Below are positions 1 through 12,304 of a stretch of DNA of 64,000 bases, piece after piece. Source of the DNA: Brevibacterium luteolum (lineage in GTDB: Bacteria > Actinomycetota > Actinomycetes > Actinomycetales > Brevibacteriaceae). Position 1 is the stretch's first letter; every line of letters begins with the position of its first letter. A program made the translations under genes and the position numbers. The notes under the pieces were generated by a model. That model searched no databases, had not been told where the DNA came from, and saw nothing but the letters and a program-made list of their open reading frames with translations. The stretch lies in contig NZ_JABEMC010000002.1 of NCBI RefSeq assembly GCF_013004595.1, positions 62,001 to 126,000 of the forward strand, in the 5' to 3' direction.

Positions 1-923
1 AGCGTCGGTTGCACGGTCTGCTGCGCGGTCTGCTGCGGTTTCTGCGGAGGCGAGCTGCGCGCCGAGCCATGCGCCTTGGGAGGCGGCTGCGGCTTCGGAT
101 TCCTGGGCACCCCAGGCTGCCATCGGACCGGTGGCGGGGTGGGCAAGATCACCGATCGCCCAGACGTTCGGGACGGTGGTGCCGCCGGCGCACACGTGCA
201 GGCCGGCGTCGACGCGGAGCCGGCCGGCGCCGTCGCGGTCCCAGTCGGCGGGCAGCTCGGGCAGCACGGGGGCGGCGCCGATGGCGGCGATCCACAGTGC
301 GTGGGCGGCGTAGTCGCTCGGGTCGGCATCGAGGACGAACCGCACGCCGGCGGCGGCGTGGCGGTCCATGAGCGCTCGGCTGATCGCCGGATGGTGGGCT
401 GCGGCCAGCGGCTGGTCCCCGCGCAGGTAGACGGTGACCTGGTGTCCGGCGTCGGCGGCGCTGCGGGCGGCTTCGAGGGCGAGGTAGCCGGAGCCGAGGA
501 TGCCGATGTCGGTGTTCGTCTTGGCTGCTTGCCGGATCGCTGCGGCGTCGGCGGCGGTGCGGATGGTGTGGACGGGTCCGCCGGGCAGTGGGGTCTGGGG
601 CCGGCGTGCGCGCAGGCCGGTGGCGATGACGATGCGGCTGGCGTCGATCCGGCGGTGCTGCTGCTCGCTGCCGCCGGCGAGGGTGATGTGCCCGGGCGCG
701 ATGTGCGTCGCACCAGTGCTCATGAGGGTGGCTTCGGGGGTGGGCAGCGGGGTGTGGCTGAGCTCGCGGGCGAAGAGGGTCTTCGACAGCGGCGGCAGTT
801 CGCAGCGCTCGGGCCGCGGGTCGATGAGGATGAGGTCGGCGGTGCCGCCGGAGTCCCGGTAGCTGCGGGTGCATTCGGTGCCGGCGAGGCCGGCGCCGAT
901 GATGGCGATGGTGTCCATAGGGC

Positions 924-927
<4 letters not shown>
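1..927 (-). CDS. FAD-dependent pyridine nucleotide-disulfide oxidoreductase (ferredoxin-reductase-like), 3'-partial
   Basis: Not in the ORF track because it runs off the window. Manual translation: MSPMDTIAIIGAGLAG... (GxGxxG), PPLSK, ATG, GSGYLALEAA, WAIGD. Its ATG overlaps the gltD stop (ATGA). Confidence 0.85.
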
Positions 928-2337
<1,410 letters not shown>

Positions 2338-2345
<8 letters not shown>

Positions 2346-5300
2346 GCTGTGCCTCCAGGATCTGCTGCCAGGCGGTGTCGCCGTCGGGGTCGAGGCCGTG
2401 GCTGCGGCAGTTGTGCCGGATGGTCTCGACCGTGCGGTACTGCCGTGGGGTGACGGCGGTGAAGCGGGCGAGGGTGTCGTGGCCGCGGGCCATGCGGGCG
2501 AGCAGTTCGGCGGCCAGCGGTGAGCCGGTCAGGTGGACGTGGTCTCTCAGCAGTGCGGTGACGGTGGCGGCGTCGTCGCGGCTGAGCCGGCCGATGCTGA
2601 GGGAGTCGGCGCTGCGTTCGGCGGTGTTGAGCTTGTCTGCGGTGAAGTCGAGCAGGTAGGCGGTGCCGCCGGACATGCCGGCGGCGAAGTTCCGGCCGAC
2701 GGGCCCGAGGATGAGGGCGGTGCCGCCGGTCATGTACTCCAGGCCGTGGTCGCCGATGCCTTCGACGACGGCGGTGGCCCCGGAGTTGCGGACGAGGAAC
2801 CGTTCGCCGACCTGGCCGCTGATGTGGAGCCGGCCGCTGGTGGCGCCGTAGCCGATGACGTTTCCGGCGATGACGTTGTCCTCCGGCCGGCCGGCAGTGC
2901 TGGCTGCCGGCTGCAGGGAGATGATGCCGCCGGAGAGTCCTTTGCCGACGTAGTCGTTGGCCTCGCCGTGCATCCGCAGGGTGATGCCGGCGGGCAGGAA
3001 GGCGCCGAGGGACTGTCCGGCGGTGCCGGTGAGGCTGACATCGATGGTGTGGTCGGGCAGTGTGTCGGTGAGGAAGGTGCGGGTGACGGTGTGGCCGAGG
3101 AGTGTTCCGACGGAGCGGTCGACGTTGGTGATGCGGGCATGCAGGGTGACCGGCTGCCGGGAGGTCAGGGCCGCCTCGGCGCCGGTGATGAGCTGGGTGT
3201 CGATGCGGGCTGTGGGCACCTGCGGGCCGGTGCGGGTGCAGTGCCGTTCGCTGCCTGGAACGGCGACGGTGAGGATGTCGCTGACGTTGAGGCCGGCGGC
3301 CTTCCACTGCTGTTCGGCGGTGCGGGTATCGAGCCGGTCGACGCGCCCGATGGCCTCGTCGAGGCTGCGGAAGCCGAGGGCGGCGAGGTGCTCGCGGACT
3401 TCTGCGGCGAGGAACTGGAAGAACCGCACGACGTGTTCGACCTGGCCGGTGTAGCGGGAGCGCAGCTCCGGGTTCTGGGTGGCGATGCCGACCGGGCAGG
3501 TGTCCTTGTGGCAGACGCGCATCATGATGCAGCCGGTGACGACGAGCGGGGCGGTGGCGAAGCCGAACTCCTCGGCTCCGAGCAGAGCGGCGATGATGAC
3601 GTCGCGGCCGGTTTTGAGCTGCCCGTCGACTTGGACGGCGACGCGGCCGCGCAGCCCGTTGAGGGCGAGGGTCTGCTGGGTTTCGGCCAGGCCGAGCTCC
3701 CATGGGGTGCCGGCATGTTTGAGGGAGTTGAGCGGGCTGGCGCCGGTGCCGCCGTCGTGGCCGGAGATGAGGATGACGTCAGCGCCTGCTTTGGCGACTC
3801 CGGCGGCGACGGTGCCCACACCGCTGGAGGAGACGAGTTTGACGTGGATGCGCGCCTGCGGGTTGGCGAGTTTGAGGTCGTGGATGAGCTGGGCGAGGTC
3901 TTCGATGGAGTAGATGTCGTGGTGCGGCGGCGGGGAGATGAGGCCGACGCCCGGGGTGGAGTGCCGGGTGGCGGCGATCCACGGGTAGACCTTGCCTGGG
4001 GGCAGCTGGCCGCCTTCGCCGGGTTTGGCGCCTTGGGCCATTTTGATCTGAATGTCGTCAGCGCAGGTGAGGTAGAGGCTGGTAACGCCGAAGCGGCCGC
4101 TGGCGACCTGTTTGACGGCGGAGCGGCGCAGCGGGTCGAGGAGACGGTCGGTGTCCTCGCCGCCTTCGCCGGTGTTGGATCTGCCGCCGAGGCGGTTCAT
4201 CGCGATGGCGAGGGTTTCGTGGGCTTCCTGGGAGATGGAGCCGTAGCTCATCGCGCCGGTGGCGAAGCGGCGGATGATCGCACTGGCCGGTTCGACCTCG
4301 TCGAGTGGGATGGGTCCGTCGGGGCCGGGCTTCAGGTCGAAGAGCCCGCGCAGGGTCTGCAGGCCGGTGGCCTGTTCGTCGACACGGCGCGTGTAGCGGC
4401 GGAAGTGGGTTTCGTCGCCGGTGCGGGTGGCGTGCTGGAGGGTGAAGATCGTCTCCGGGTCGAACAGGTGGGGTGGGCCTTCGCGCCGAAACTGGTATTC
4501 GCCGCCGATCGGCAGCGGCCGGTGTGCCTGCGGTGGGTGGTCTGCGGGGTAGGCGGCCTGGTGGCGGGCTTCGACTTCGGCGGCGATGCCGTCGATGCCG
4601 ATGCCTTCGAGCCGGGCGGTCGTGCCAGAGAAGTACTTGTCGACAAAGGATCCCTTGAGCCCGGCGGCTTCGAAGGTCTGGGCGCCGCAGTAGGACTGGA
4701 TGGTGGAGATACCCATCTTCGACATGATCTTCAGCAGGCCCCGGCCGAGGGCGCGGAGGATGTTGCGCACGGCGGTCTGTTCGTCGATGCCGGTGATGCG
4801 GCCGGAGCGGACCATCGCCTCGGCGGTCTCCATCGCCAGGTAGGGGTTGACGGCAGAGGCGCCGAAGCCCATGAGCACGGCGACGTGGTGGACTTCGCGG
4901 ACGTCGCCGGCTTCGGCGATGAGGCTCACGGAGGTGCGCTGTCGCTCGCGGATGAGGTGATGGTGAACGGCCGAGATCATGAGCAGGGATGGGATCGGGG
5001 CGAGTTCGGCGGTGGAGTGGCGGTCGGAGAGGATAAGGAACCGGGCACCGGCGGCGACGGCTGCGCTGGCTTCGGTGCACAGCTGCTCGAGGCGCTTGGC
5101 GAGGTGGGTGCCGCGGCCACCGGGGGTGTAGAGACCGCTGAGCACGACGGTGGCGGGGTGGCCGTCGACGCCGCGGGTGTCGGGCAGGCGGAGGAGCTTG
5201 GCGAGTTCATCGTTGTTGATGACAGGGTGGGGCAGCAGCACCTGGTGAGCGTTGGCGGGGCCGTCGTCGAGGAGGTTGCCCTCTCCCCCGGCTCCCATCG

Positions 5301-6975
5301 ACAGGCTCGTGACGAGGTGTTCGCGGATGGCGTCGAGGGGCGGGTTCGTCACCTGCGCGAAGTTCTGGCTGAAGTAGTCGAACAGCAGGCGCGGACGTTC
5401 GGCGTAGGCGGCGATCGGGGTGTCGGTGCCCATCGCGCCGATCGGCTCGCTGGCGGTTTCGGCCATCGGGCCGATGAGGACGCGAAGCTCCTCTTCGGTG
5501 TAGCCGAAGGCGCGCTGTCGGCGGACGACGGAGGCCTGCGGGTGGATGATGTGCTCGCGGTCGGGGAGGTCTTCGAGCCGGACGGTGTGGGCGGCCAGCC
5601 AGTCGGCGTAGGGGTGGCCAGCGGCGAGTTCGGCTTTGATCTCGGTGTCGGAGACGATGCGTTCGGCGACGGTGTCGACGAGGAACATGCGCCCGGGGGC
5701 GAGCCGGCCGCGTTCGATGACGGTGGAGGGGTCGATGTCGATGACGCCGGTTTCGCTGGCAAGCACGACGAGGTCGTCGGTGACGGTGTAACGGGCAGGG
5801 CGCAGGCCGTTGCGGTCGAGCACGGCTCCGGCGCAGCGGCCGTCGGTGAAGGCGACGCAGGCCGGGCCGTCCCATGGCTCCATGATGAGGGAGTGGTACT
5901 CGTAGAAGGCGCGGCGCTGCGGGCTCATGTGGGGGTCGTTCTGCCAGGCTTCGGGGATCATCATCATGACCGCGTGGGGCAGGGACCGGCCAGCCATGAC
6001 GAGGAGTTCGAGGACTTCGTCGAAAGAGGCGGAGTCGCTGGAGGCGTCGGTGACGATCGGGCAGAGCCGGGAGACGTCACGGGTGGAGCCATCGGACCAT
6101 GGTGAGGCGAGCCGGTCGGAGGCCAGCCGCGATTCGCGGGCGCGCATCCAGTTGCGGTTGCCGCGCACAGTGTTGATCTCGCCGTTGTGGGCGATCATGC
6201 GGAACGGCTGCGCCAGAGACCATGACGGGAAGGTGTTCGTCGAGAACCGCGAGTGCACGAGTGCGATGCGGGAGGTGAAGCGCTCGTCCTGCAGATCGGG
6301 GTAGAACGGCGCGAGCTGGGCGGTGGTGAGCATGCCCTTGTAGGTGAGGGTGCGTGATGAGAGCGATGGGAAGTAGATCCCGGCGTGTTCGCAGCGCTTG
6401 CGCACGGCGAAGGCGCGGCGTTCGATCTCGGTCTCGTCGATGCTGCCGGTGGACTCGAGCGCGGTCGGCAGTTCGGGACTGAGGGCGAGGATCACCTGCT
6501 CGAAACGGGGCATGACCTCGCGGGCGGAGGCGCCTGCGGCCTCGGCGTCGACCGGGAGCACGCGCCAGCCGAGCACGGTCATGCCCTCCTCAGCTGCCAC
6601 CTCGGCGACGGTGCGGCGGCCGGTTTCCGGGTGCTGCGGGTCGAGGAACGCGGTGCCGATGGCGTAGCTGCCGGCAGGCGGCAGCGGCGTGTCGATGACG
6701 CCGCGGAGGAAGGCGTCGGGGATCTGCACGGTGATGCCGGCACCGTCACCGGAGCCGGAGTCGCCGCCGACGGCTCCGCGGTGCTCCATGTTCCGCAGCG
6801 CGTCGAGCGCCTGTTCGACGATGGTGTGATCGGCTGCGCCGCGGTAGCGCACGAGCATCGCCAGACCGCAGGCGTCGTGTTCGGCAGCGGGATCGTAGAG
6901 GCCTTGGGCAGGCGGGACCGCACTGTATTGCGTGTGTGCAGTCATAGGGCGTGGCGTCTGTGAGCCGTGCTGCAT
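2338..6975 (-). CDS. gltB: Glutamate synthase large (alpha) subunit
   Basis: EHDACG N-terminal nucleophile, HSRFSTNT, HNGEINT, QGAKPGEGGQLP, CIMMRVCH..TCP. Start set at ATG 6975, preceded by AGGAGG. Confidence 0.97.
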
Positions 6976-7309
6976 GCGAGCCTCCTGTCCTCGGGCGTTG
7001 CTGTCGTGAACACCAGGAGGGCGTGCTGACGCGACTGCCTCGACATGGGACGCCACCAGCAGCTCGGAGGATGCACGGTGTGACTCTCTGTGCGAGACGT
7101 CTGCGCTGGCGCCTCCTAAGCGGGGGTTCAGACTAGCGGCAGGTCGGATCTGTCCCGTGATCCGTTTCACATTCTGGTCATCGGTTCGGGCGACCAGGGG
7201 GACGGCAGATGGCGCTTATGCGGCGGGCCGTACGCTATTCAGTTATCAAAGAGCGATCTGACACTGCCGTGCGGCAGGCAGAGGTTCGGGGGCATTGATC
7301 GGATCGGAG

Positions 7310-8890
7310 TCACGGAGCGGGCTGTGCGGTAGAGACGGCGAGCAGCTGCTGGGCGTGGCGCTGCCCGATCGGCGCTGATGGCGGATGTGACGGCAGGGTG
7401 GTGCCTCCGGGCAGGGTCCAGGTCAGCATTCCGGTGTCAGGATTGCGTGAGACGCGGAGTCTGCCTTCGGTTTTCATCTGATGGTGTTCCCGGCAAAGCG
7501 GGTGGAGGTTCGTCATCGCTGTCGGCCCTCCCCCGCCGGGGTCTTCGTGCTTGAACGGCTCGATGTGGTCGAGTTCGGCCTTGACTGCCGAGCGGTCACA
7601 ACCGGGAAGTGTGCAGAACTGCCATTTCTCGACGAGCGCGACGCGCATGCGTTCGGGAATCGTGTAGCTTTCGGCCGCATGGTCGAGGACGGCGCCGCTT
7701 GCCGGGTCTGTCAACAGCCGGTAGACCGTGGAGTGACCGGAGCCGACGAGGTGGCGCGCAAGGGCGGGAGCGATCGGGCTGCCATCGACCGTGCCGGGAA
7801 CGCTGGCGCCCTCACGCTCGTCGAGGAGGGTGAGTGCGGGCACGGTGATGGTGACGCGGGCCTGGCGTTTGAGCCATTCGCCGTCGACGGGGCATTCGAT
7901 ACCCACGTCGTCGAAGAGTTCACTGATGCGCTCGGCCGTAGCCTCCATGTCGACGCGTGCAGGGTTTGCCGCTTCCACGGTGGCGGCATCGAGGTCTTCG
8001 GCACTGGCGGTGCCGATGGTGCCGGCGGGACGCGACCCGACAAGGAAGTCGAACATCAGCTCATTCAGGGTGCGGTCGTCGCTGATGGCCCGACCTTCTG
8101 GTATGCCGAAGGCCGAGGTCAGACCCCGGATGGCGCTGCGGGCCATCCCGGCGAGTCGGGCGCCGAGGAGCGCGATGTCGTGGGCGGGGCCGCGGGCGAT
8201 GAGCGTGCCCTGTCCGTGTGCATCGAAGTGGGTTTCGACGGTGCGCCGGTCCCGGATCTCGCGGGTGCGCTGTTCCCGGGTGGTGATGGCGGCGATGAGC
8301 TGGGTGACTGCTCGCTTGAATGCGGTCATGTCGGAGACGCGGATGCGGATGAGCCCGGCATCGAATTCTGCCAGCTGCTGCGATTCGAGGGACCGGGACC
8401 GTTCCGCGGCGTAGAGGTAACGGTCGAAGCCGACAAGCCCAACGCGCGCTTGGGCGGTGAACGCCGGCAGTCCGATCAGACCGCACGCTGCCGTATGGAT
8501 GCGCAGGCGGACCTGCCGGACGGTGGTGTCGAGAGCGTCAGCCAGGTGCATAAGCGAGGTGGCCGAGAGTCGTTCGAGAAGCCAAACACAGGCCTGGTGC
8601 CGCCGTTCAGCCTCGTTGCAGAGGTCTGTGACGTCACGGTCGGCGAGCCCGAGCGCGCGCGGATCGGCGGCAAGCCAGCGGATGGCGGCGATCTGCTCGG
8701 CGAAGTCTTCGCGCGCATCAGCCGAGGTGCGGGCGAGGAAGGCGTCGAAGAGATGTCCGAGCTCCGTCATACGCTGGGAGTCGATGGCGCGGGCGGCGGA
8801 GGTGAGGCGGTAGAGGCAGTCACTGAAGTCCGCGACACCGAGCAGAGCATCGTCACCCTCTCGGGCCATCGGCTGCTGCGTTACGGACAT
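7310..8890 (-). CDS. DUF222 / HNH endonuclease (13E12-repeat-like) protein
   Basis: C-terminal CTLPGC...ELDHIEPF...GGPTAMTNLHPLCREHHQMKT; start chosen at MSVTQQ (8911 is an alternative). Confidence 0.85.
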   Translation of the reverse strand: MSVTQQPMAREGDDALLGVADFSDCLYRLTSAARAIDSQRMTELGHLFDAFLARTSADAREDFAEQIAAIRWLAADPRALGLADRDVTDLCNEAERRHQACVWLLERLSATSLMHLADALDTTVRQVRLRIHTAACGLIGLPAFTAQARVGLVGFDRYLYAAERSRSLESQQLAEFDAGLIRIRVSDMTAFKRAVTQLIAAITTREQRTREIRDRRTVETHFDAHGQGTLIARGPAHDIALLGARLAGMARSAIRGLTSAFGIPEGRAISDDRTLNELMFDFLVGSRPAGTIGTASAEDLDAATVEAANPARVDMEATAERISELFDDVGIECPVDGEWLKRQARVTITVPALTLLDEREGASVPGTVDGSPIAPALARHLVGSGHSTVYRLLTDPASGAVLDHAAESYTIPERMRVALVEKWQFCTLPGCDRSAVKAELDHIEPFKHEDPGGGGPTAMTNLHPLCREHHQMKTEGRLRVSRNPDTGMLTWTLPGGTTLPSHPPSAPIGQRHAQQLLAVSTAQPAP

Positions 8891-8936
8891 CTTCGTCACC
8901 TCATCTCGCACATCAACTGCGCGCTCTGTACGCTCA

Positions 8937-9014
8937 ATTATACATCAGTACGAATCCATTTCACATCAGATTCGATTACTCTCAGGCAGCTCACATATTC
9001 GAACGCACAGTCGA
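8937..9014 (-). promoter_or_regulatory. -10 box (TATAAT) and imperfect LexA/SOS box upstream of the HNH gene
   Basis: attata at 8937-8942 is TATAAT on the minus strand. TCGAACgcacAGTCGA at 8999-9014 compares with consensus TCGAAC-N4-GTTCGA (2 mismatches). Confidence 0.5.
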
Positions 9015-9106
9015 GTATCGGCGGAGGGGCGCTGTTCGAGGGAGCGGAACCACCGCTCCCGGACACGGCAGACTCCCCTCCGCCATGGCAGCCGCTGCCT
9101 CCCGAG

Positions 9107-9190
9107 GCAGAGATCCCGGCAACGGAAACCACGACTTGAGGAATGGAGACTACGACCTCGGCAGCGGGGACCACGACCTCGGCGACGGGG
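9107..9190. repeat. Degenerate 21-bp tandem repeat (about 4 units)
   Basis: accacgacttgaggaatggag / actacgacctcggcagcgggg / accacgacctcggcgacgggg at 9128, 9149 and 9170, plus a weaker unit at 9107. Confidence 0.75.
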
Positions 9191-9413
9191 ACCCGGGCCA
9201 CGCGATGGGCGACTGCAACGGGGCCATACGCGGAAGCGAAGGAGGCGCACGGAAGCGCGCACAAGCAGCGGGAGGGTGCGGTTATCCGCGCCCTCCCTGA
9301 GCTATCCGCGGCGGGCCTTACGACGGCCGGCCAGCCCTGCCCCAGCCAGCCTCAACGCCAGCCAGCCTCGCCCCAGCCGGCCGCGCGCACCCGCGCTCGA
9401 CGCGCACCCTCCC

Positions 9414-11300
9414 CTACACGCGGGCGCGGATCTCGCGGGCGAGTTCGCGGCGCTTGGCCTGCTCGACGGGGTCGGGCACGGGCAGCGAGGCGATGAGTTT
9501 GCGGGTGTAGTCGTGCTGCGGGCTGCCGAGCACCTGCGCGCCGGTGCCCTCTTCGAGCAGGCGGCCGTGGAAGAGCACGCCGATGCGGTCGGAGAGCATG
9601 TCGACGACGGCGAGGTCGTGGCTGATGAACAGCGCGGCGTAGTGGAACCGCTCCTGCAGCTCAGCGAAGAGCTCGAGCACGCGCGCCTGGACGGACACGT
9701 CTAGGGCACTGGTGGGCTCGTCGGCGATGAGCAACTCGGGATTGAGCGCGATGCCACGGGCGAGCGAGGCGCGCTGGCGCTGACCGCCGGAGAGCTCGTG
9801 CGGGTAGCGCTGGGCGTAGGCCTCGGGCAGCTGAACGGCTTCGAGCAGCTCGCGGGTGCGCTGGCGGCGGTCGTGAGCGGACATGTCCGGCTGGTGCACG
9901 GCGATCGGCTCAGCGACGCACTCGCCGATGCTCAAGTGCGGGTTGAAAGACGCCGCCGGGTCCTGGAAGACGAATCCGATGCGCTTGCGCAGCGGCTTGA
10001 ACTTCCGCTCCTTGAACCCGACCATCTCGTGGCCGAACACGGTGAGCGAGCCGCCGGTGGCCTTCGTCAGGCCGGCGATCGCACGCCCGATGGTCGTCTT
10101 GCCGGAGCCGGACTCGCCGACCATACCGAACACCTCACCAGGCCGGATCTCGAAGCTGACCCCGTCGACGGCGGTGAAGTCGGGCTTGCCGATCCCGCCG
10201 GGGTAGACGATCTCCAGGTCTCGGGCCACGACGATCGGGGCGGCGTCCGGGCCGGTGCGCCCCGCCTCGGCGCCGGTGGCCGTTCCCGAGGCGCCGGCGG
10301 CCTCTCCCGAGGTGGTGGCCGCCCCAGCAGACCCCGCTCCCGAGGCGCCGGTCGCCTCACCAGCCCCAGCCTCGGCTCCCAGCCCGCCGGCCTCGCGCTC
10401 GGACACCGAGGTCAGGCGCGGCACGGCGGCGAGCAGGCTGCGGGTGTACTCTTCGCGCGGATCGGCGAACAGCGTCTGCACATCGGCGGTCTCGACGAGG
10501 TCGCCGCGGTACATGACGGCCACGCGGTCGGCGAGGTCGGCGACAACGCCCATGTTGTGGGTGATGAGCACGATCGCGGTGTCCATCTCGTCGCGCAGGT
10601 CGCGCAGCAGGTCGAGGATCTCGGCCTGCACGGTGACGTCGAGGGCGGTGGTGGGCTCGTCGGCGATAATGAGCTTCGCTCCGAGCGCGAGCGCCATCGC
10701 GATGACGATGCGCTGCTTCTGTCCGCCGGAGAACTGGTGCGGGTAGTAGTCGCAGCGTTCGGACGCGTTGGGAATGCCGACCTTCTCCATCGCCTCGACG
10801 ACGCGGGCGCGCAGCTCTTTGCGGCCCATCTTGGGATTGTGCACGCGCAGGCCCTCGGCGATCTGCCAGCCGACGGTGAACACCGGGTTGAGGGCGGTCG
10901 AGGGCTCCTGGAACACCATCGAGGCGGATCTGCCGCGCAGTTCGCGCAGCTGTTCGCGGCTGGCGGTCACGACGTTGTCGCCGGAGACGATGATCGCCCC
11001 GCCGACGGTCGCGGTCTCGGGCAGCAGGCGCAGGATCGACTTGGCGGTCACGGTCTTGCCGGAGCCGGATTCGCCGACGATCGCAAGCACTTCGCCTGGC
11101 GCGACGGCAAGCGAGAGGTCGTTGACGGCGTGCACGTCACCGCCGTCGGTGGCGAAGGTGATGTCGAGGTCCTCGATGCTCAGCAGCGGCTCGCGCCCCG
11201 CGCCCGAGGCGGTGCTCGCCTGTCCTGCCTCCGCTCCCGAGGCGGTGGCCTCGTGGCCGCCGCCGGCACCTGTGGCTGGGGTGTGGCTGTCGTCTGTCAT
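9414..11300 (-). CDS. Peptide/nickel ABC transporter ATP-binding protein (two NBDs fused)
   Basis: Two GESGSGKT Walker A motifs, FSGGQ and LSGGQ signatures, DEPT Walker B. Start MTDDSH overlaps the upstream stop (ATGA). Confidence 0.93.
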   Translation of the reverse strand: MTDDSHTPATGAGGGHEATASGAEAGQASTASGAGREPLLSIEDLDITFATDGGDVHAVNDLSLAVAPGEVLAIVGESGSGKTVTAKSILRLLPETATVGGAIIVSGDNVVTASREQLRELRGRSASMVFQEPSTALNPVFTVGWQIAEGLRVHNPKMGRKELRARVVEAMEKVGIPNASERCDYYPHQFSGGQKQRIVIAMALALGAKLIIADEPTTALDVTVQAEILDLLRDLRDEMDTAIVLITHNMGVVADLADRVAVMYRGDLVETADVQTLFADPREEYTRSLLAAVPRLTSVSEREAGGLGAEAGAGEATGASGAGSAGAATTSGEAAGASGTATGAEAGRTGPDAAPIVVARDLEIVYPGGIGKPDFTAVDGVSFEIRPGEVFGMVGESGSGKTTIGRAIAGLTKATGGSLTVFGHEMVGFKERKFKPLRKRIGFVFQDPAASFNPHLSIGECVAEPIAVHQPDMSAHDRRQRTRELLEAVQLPEAYAQRYPHELSGGQRQRASLARGIALNPELLIADEPTSALDVSVQARVLELFAELQERFHYAALFISHDLAVVDMLSDRIGVLFHGRLLEEGTGAQVLGSPQHDYTRKLIASLPVPDPVEQAKRRELAREIRARV

Positions 11301-12304
11301 GCGTTCTCCACCTTCTTTGCGCGGGCCTTCTTCCTGCGCACGCGCAGCCGGGGGTCGTTGAGGTCGTTGATGGACTCGCCGACGAGCGTGATGCCCAGCA
11401 CCGTCATGACGATGGCGGTGCCGGGGAACACGGAGGTCCACCAGATGCCGGAGGTGACGTCGGCCAGTGCCTTGTTCAGGTCGTATCCCCACTCGGAGGC
11501 CGAGGTCGGCTCGATGCCGAAGCCGAGGAAGCCAAGGGCTGCCAGGGTGAGGATCGCCTCGGAGGCGTTGAGCGTGAAGATGAGCGGCAGGTTGCGGGTG
11601 GCGTTGCGGTAGATGTGGCGGGCCACGATCCGCGTCTTCGACACGCCGATGACCTGGGCAGCCTCGACGAAGGGCTCGGCCTTCAGCCGCACGGTCTCAG
11701 CGCGTACCACCCGGAAGTACTGCGGGATGAACACGACGGTGATCGAGATCGCTGCGGCGAACACGCCGCCGATGACGTTGGACTGCCCGCCGGAGATGAC
11801 GATCGTCATGACAATCGCCAGCAGCAGAGTCGGGAAAGCGTAGATGGCATCGGCGACGACGACGAGGATCCTATCGAGCCAGCCGCCGATGTAGCCGGAG
11901 ACGAGCCCGAGGATGACGCCGAGGAAGATCGACATGAGCACGGCGACGACGATGACGAACACAGCGGTACGCGCGCCCCAGATGACGCGGGAGAGCACGT
12001 CGAATCCGCCGACGGTGGTGCCCCACGGGTGCTTGGAGCTCGGCGGCTGCTGGGCGCCGAAGCGCCCGGCCTCGTCGGCGAGCTGATTGAACCCGTAGGG
12101 GGCCAGCAGCGGGGCGAGCAGGGCGGTCAGCAGCACGATCGCGCACATGACGAGGCCTGCGATGAGCATGCCGCGCTGCAGCCCGACGGACTGCTTGAGG
12201 TGGCTGATGACCGGCACCCGCGAAGTCCAATGCCGCTTCGAGGCGCCGGTGGCGGCGTGTGCGCTGCCGGTGCTGTCGTTCGTGCGATCGGTTGGCTGGG
12301 TCAT
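11297..12304 (-). CDS. Peptide ABC transporter permease (DppC/OppC-like)
   Basis: HPWGTTVGGFDVLSRVIWGART, EAA loop, LGFLGFG..EWG. Real start is MTQPTD at 12304; the longer ORF prefix is out of frame with the upstream permease. Confidence 0.92.
   Translation of the reverse strand: MTQPTDRTNDSTGSAHAATGASKRHWTSRVPVISHLKQSVGLQRGMLIAGLVMCAIVLLTALLAPLLAPYGFNQLADEAGRFGAQQPPSSKHPWGTTVGGFDVLSRVIWGARTAVFVIVVAVLMSIFLGVILGLVSGYIGGWLDRILVVVADAIYAFPTLLLAIVMTIVISGGQSNVIGGVFAAAISITVVFIPQYFRVVRAETVRLKAEPFVEAAQVIGVSKTRIVARHIYRNATRNLPLIFTLNASEAILTLAALGFLGFGIEPTSASEWGYDLNKALADVTSGIWWTSVFPGTAIVMTVLGITLVGESINDLNDPRLRVRRKKARAKKVENA

Noticed and set aside
2533..6105. 1190-aa plus-strand ORF and similar long antisense ORFs (e.g. 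7481..9139, 13386..15164, 39008..41110, 44095..45300)
   Set aside because: Shadow ORFs opposite well-supported genes; expected from high-GC codon bias and lacking motifs.
9107..9190. Possible CRISPR array
   Set aside because: The units are contiguous degenerate 21-mers without unique spacers, and there are no cas genes in the window.
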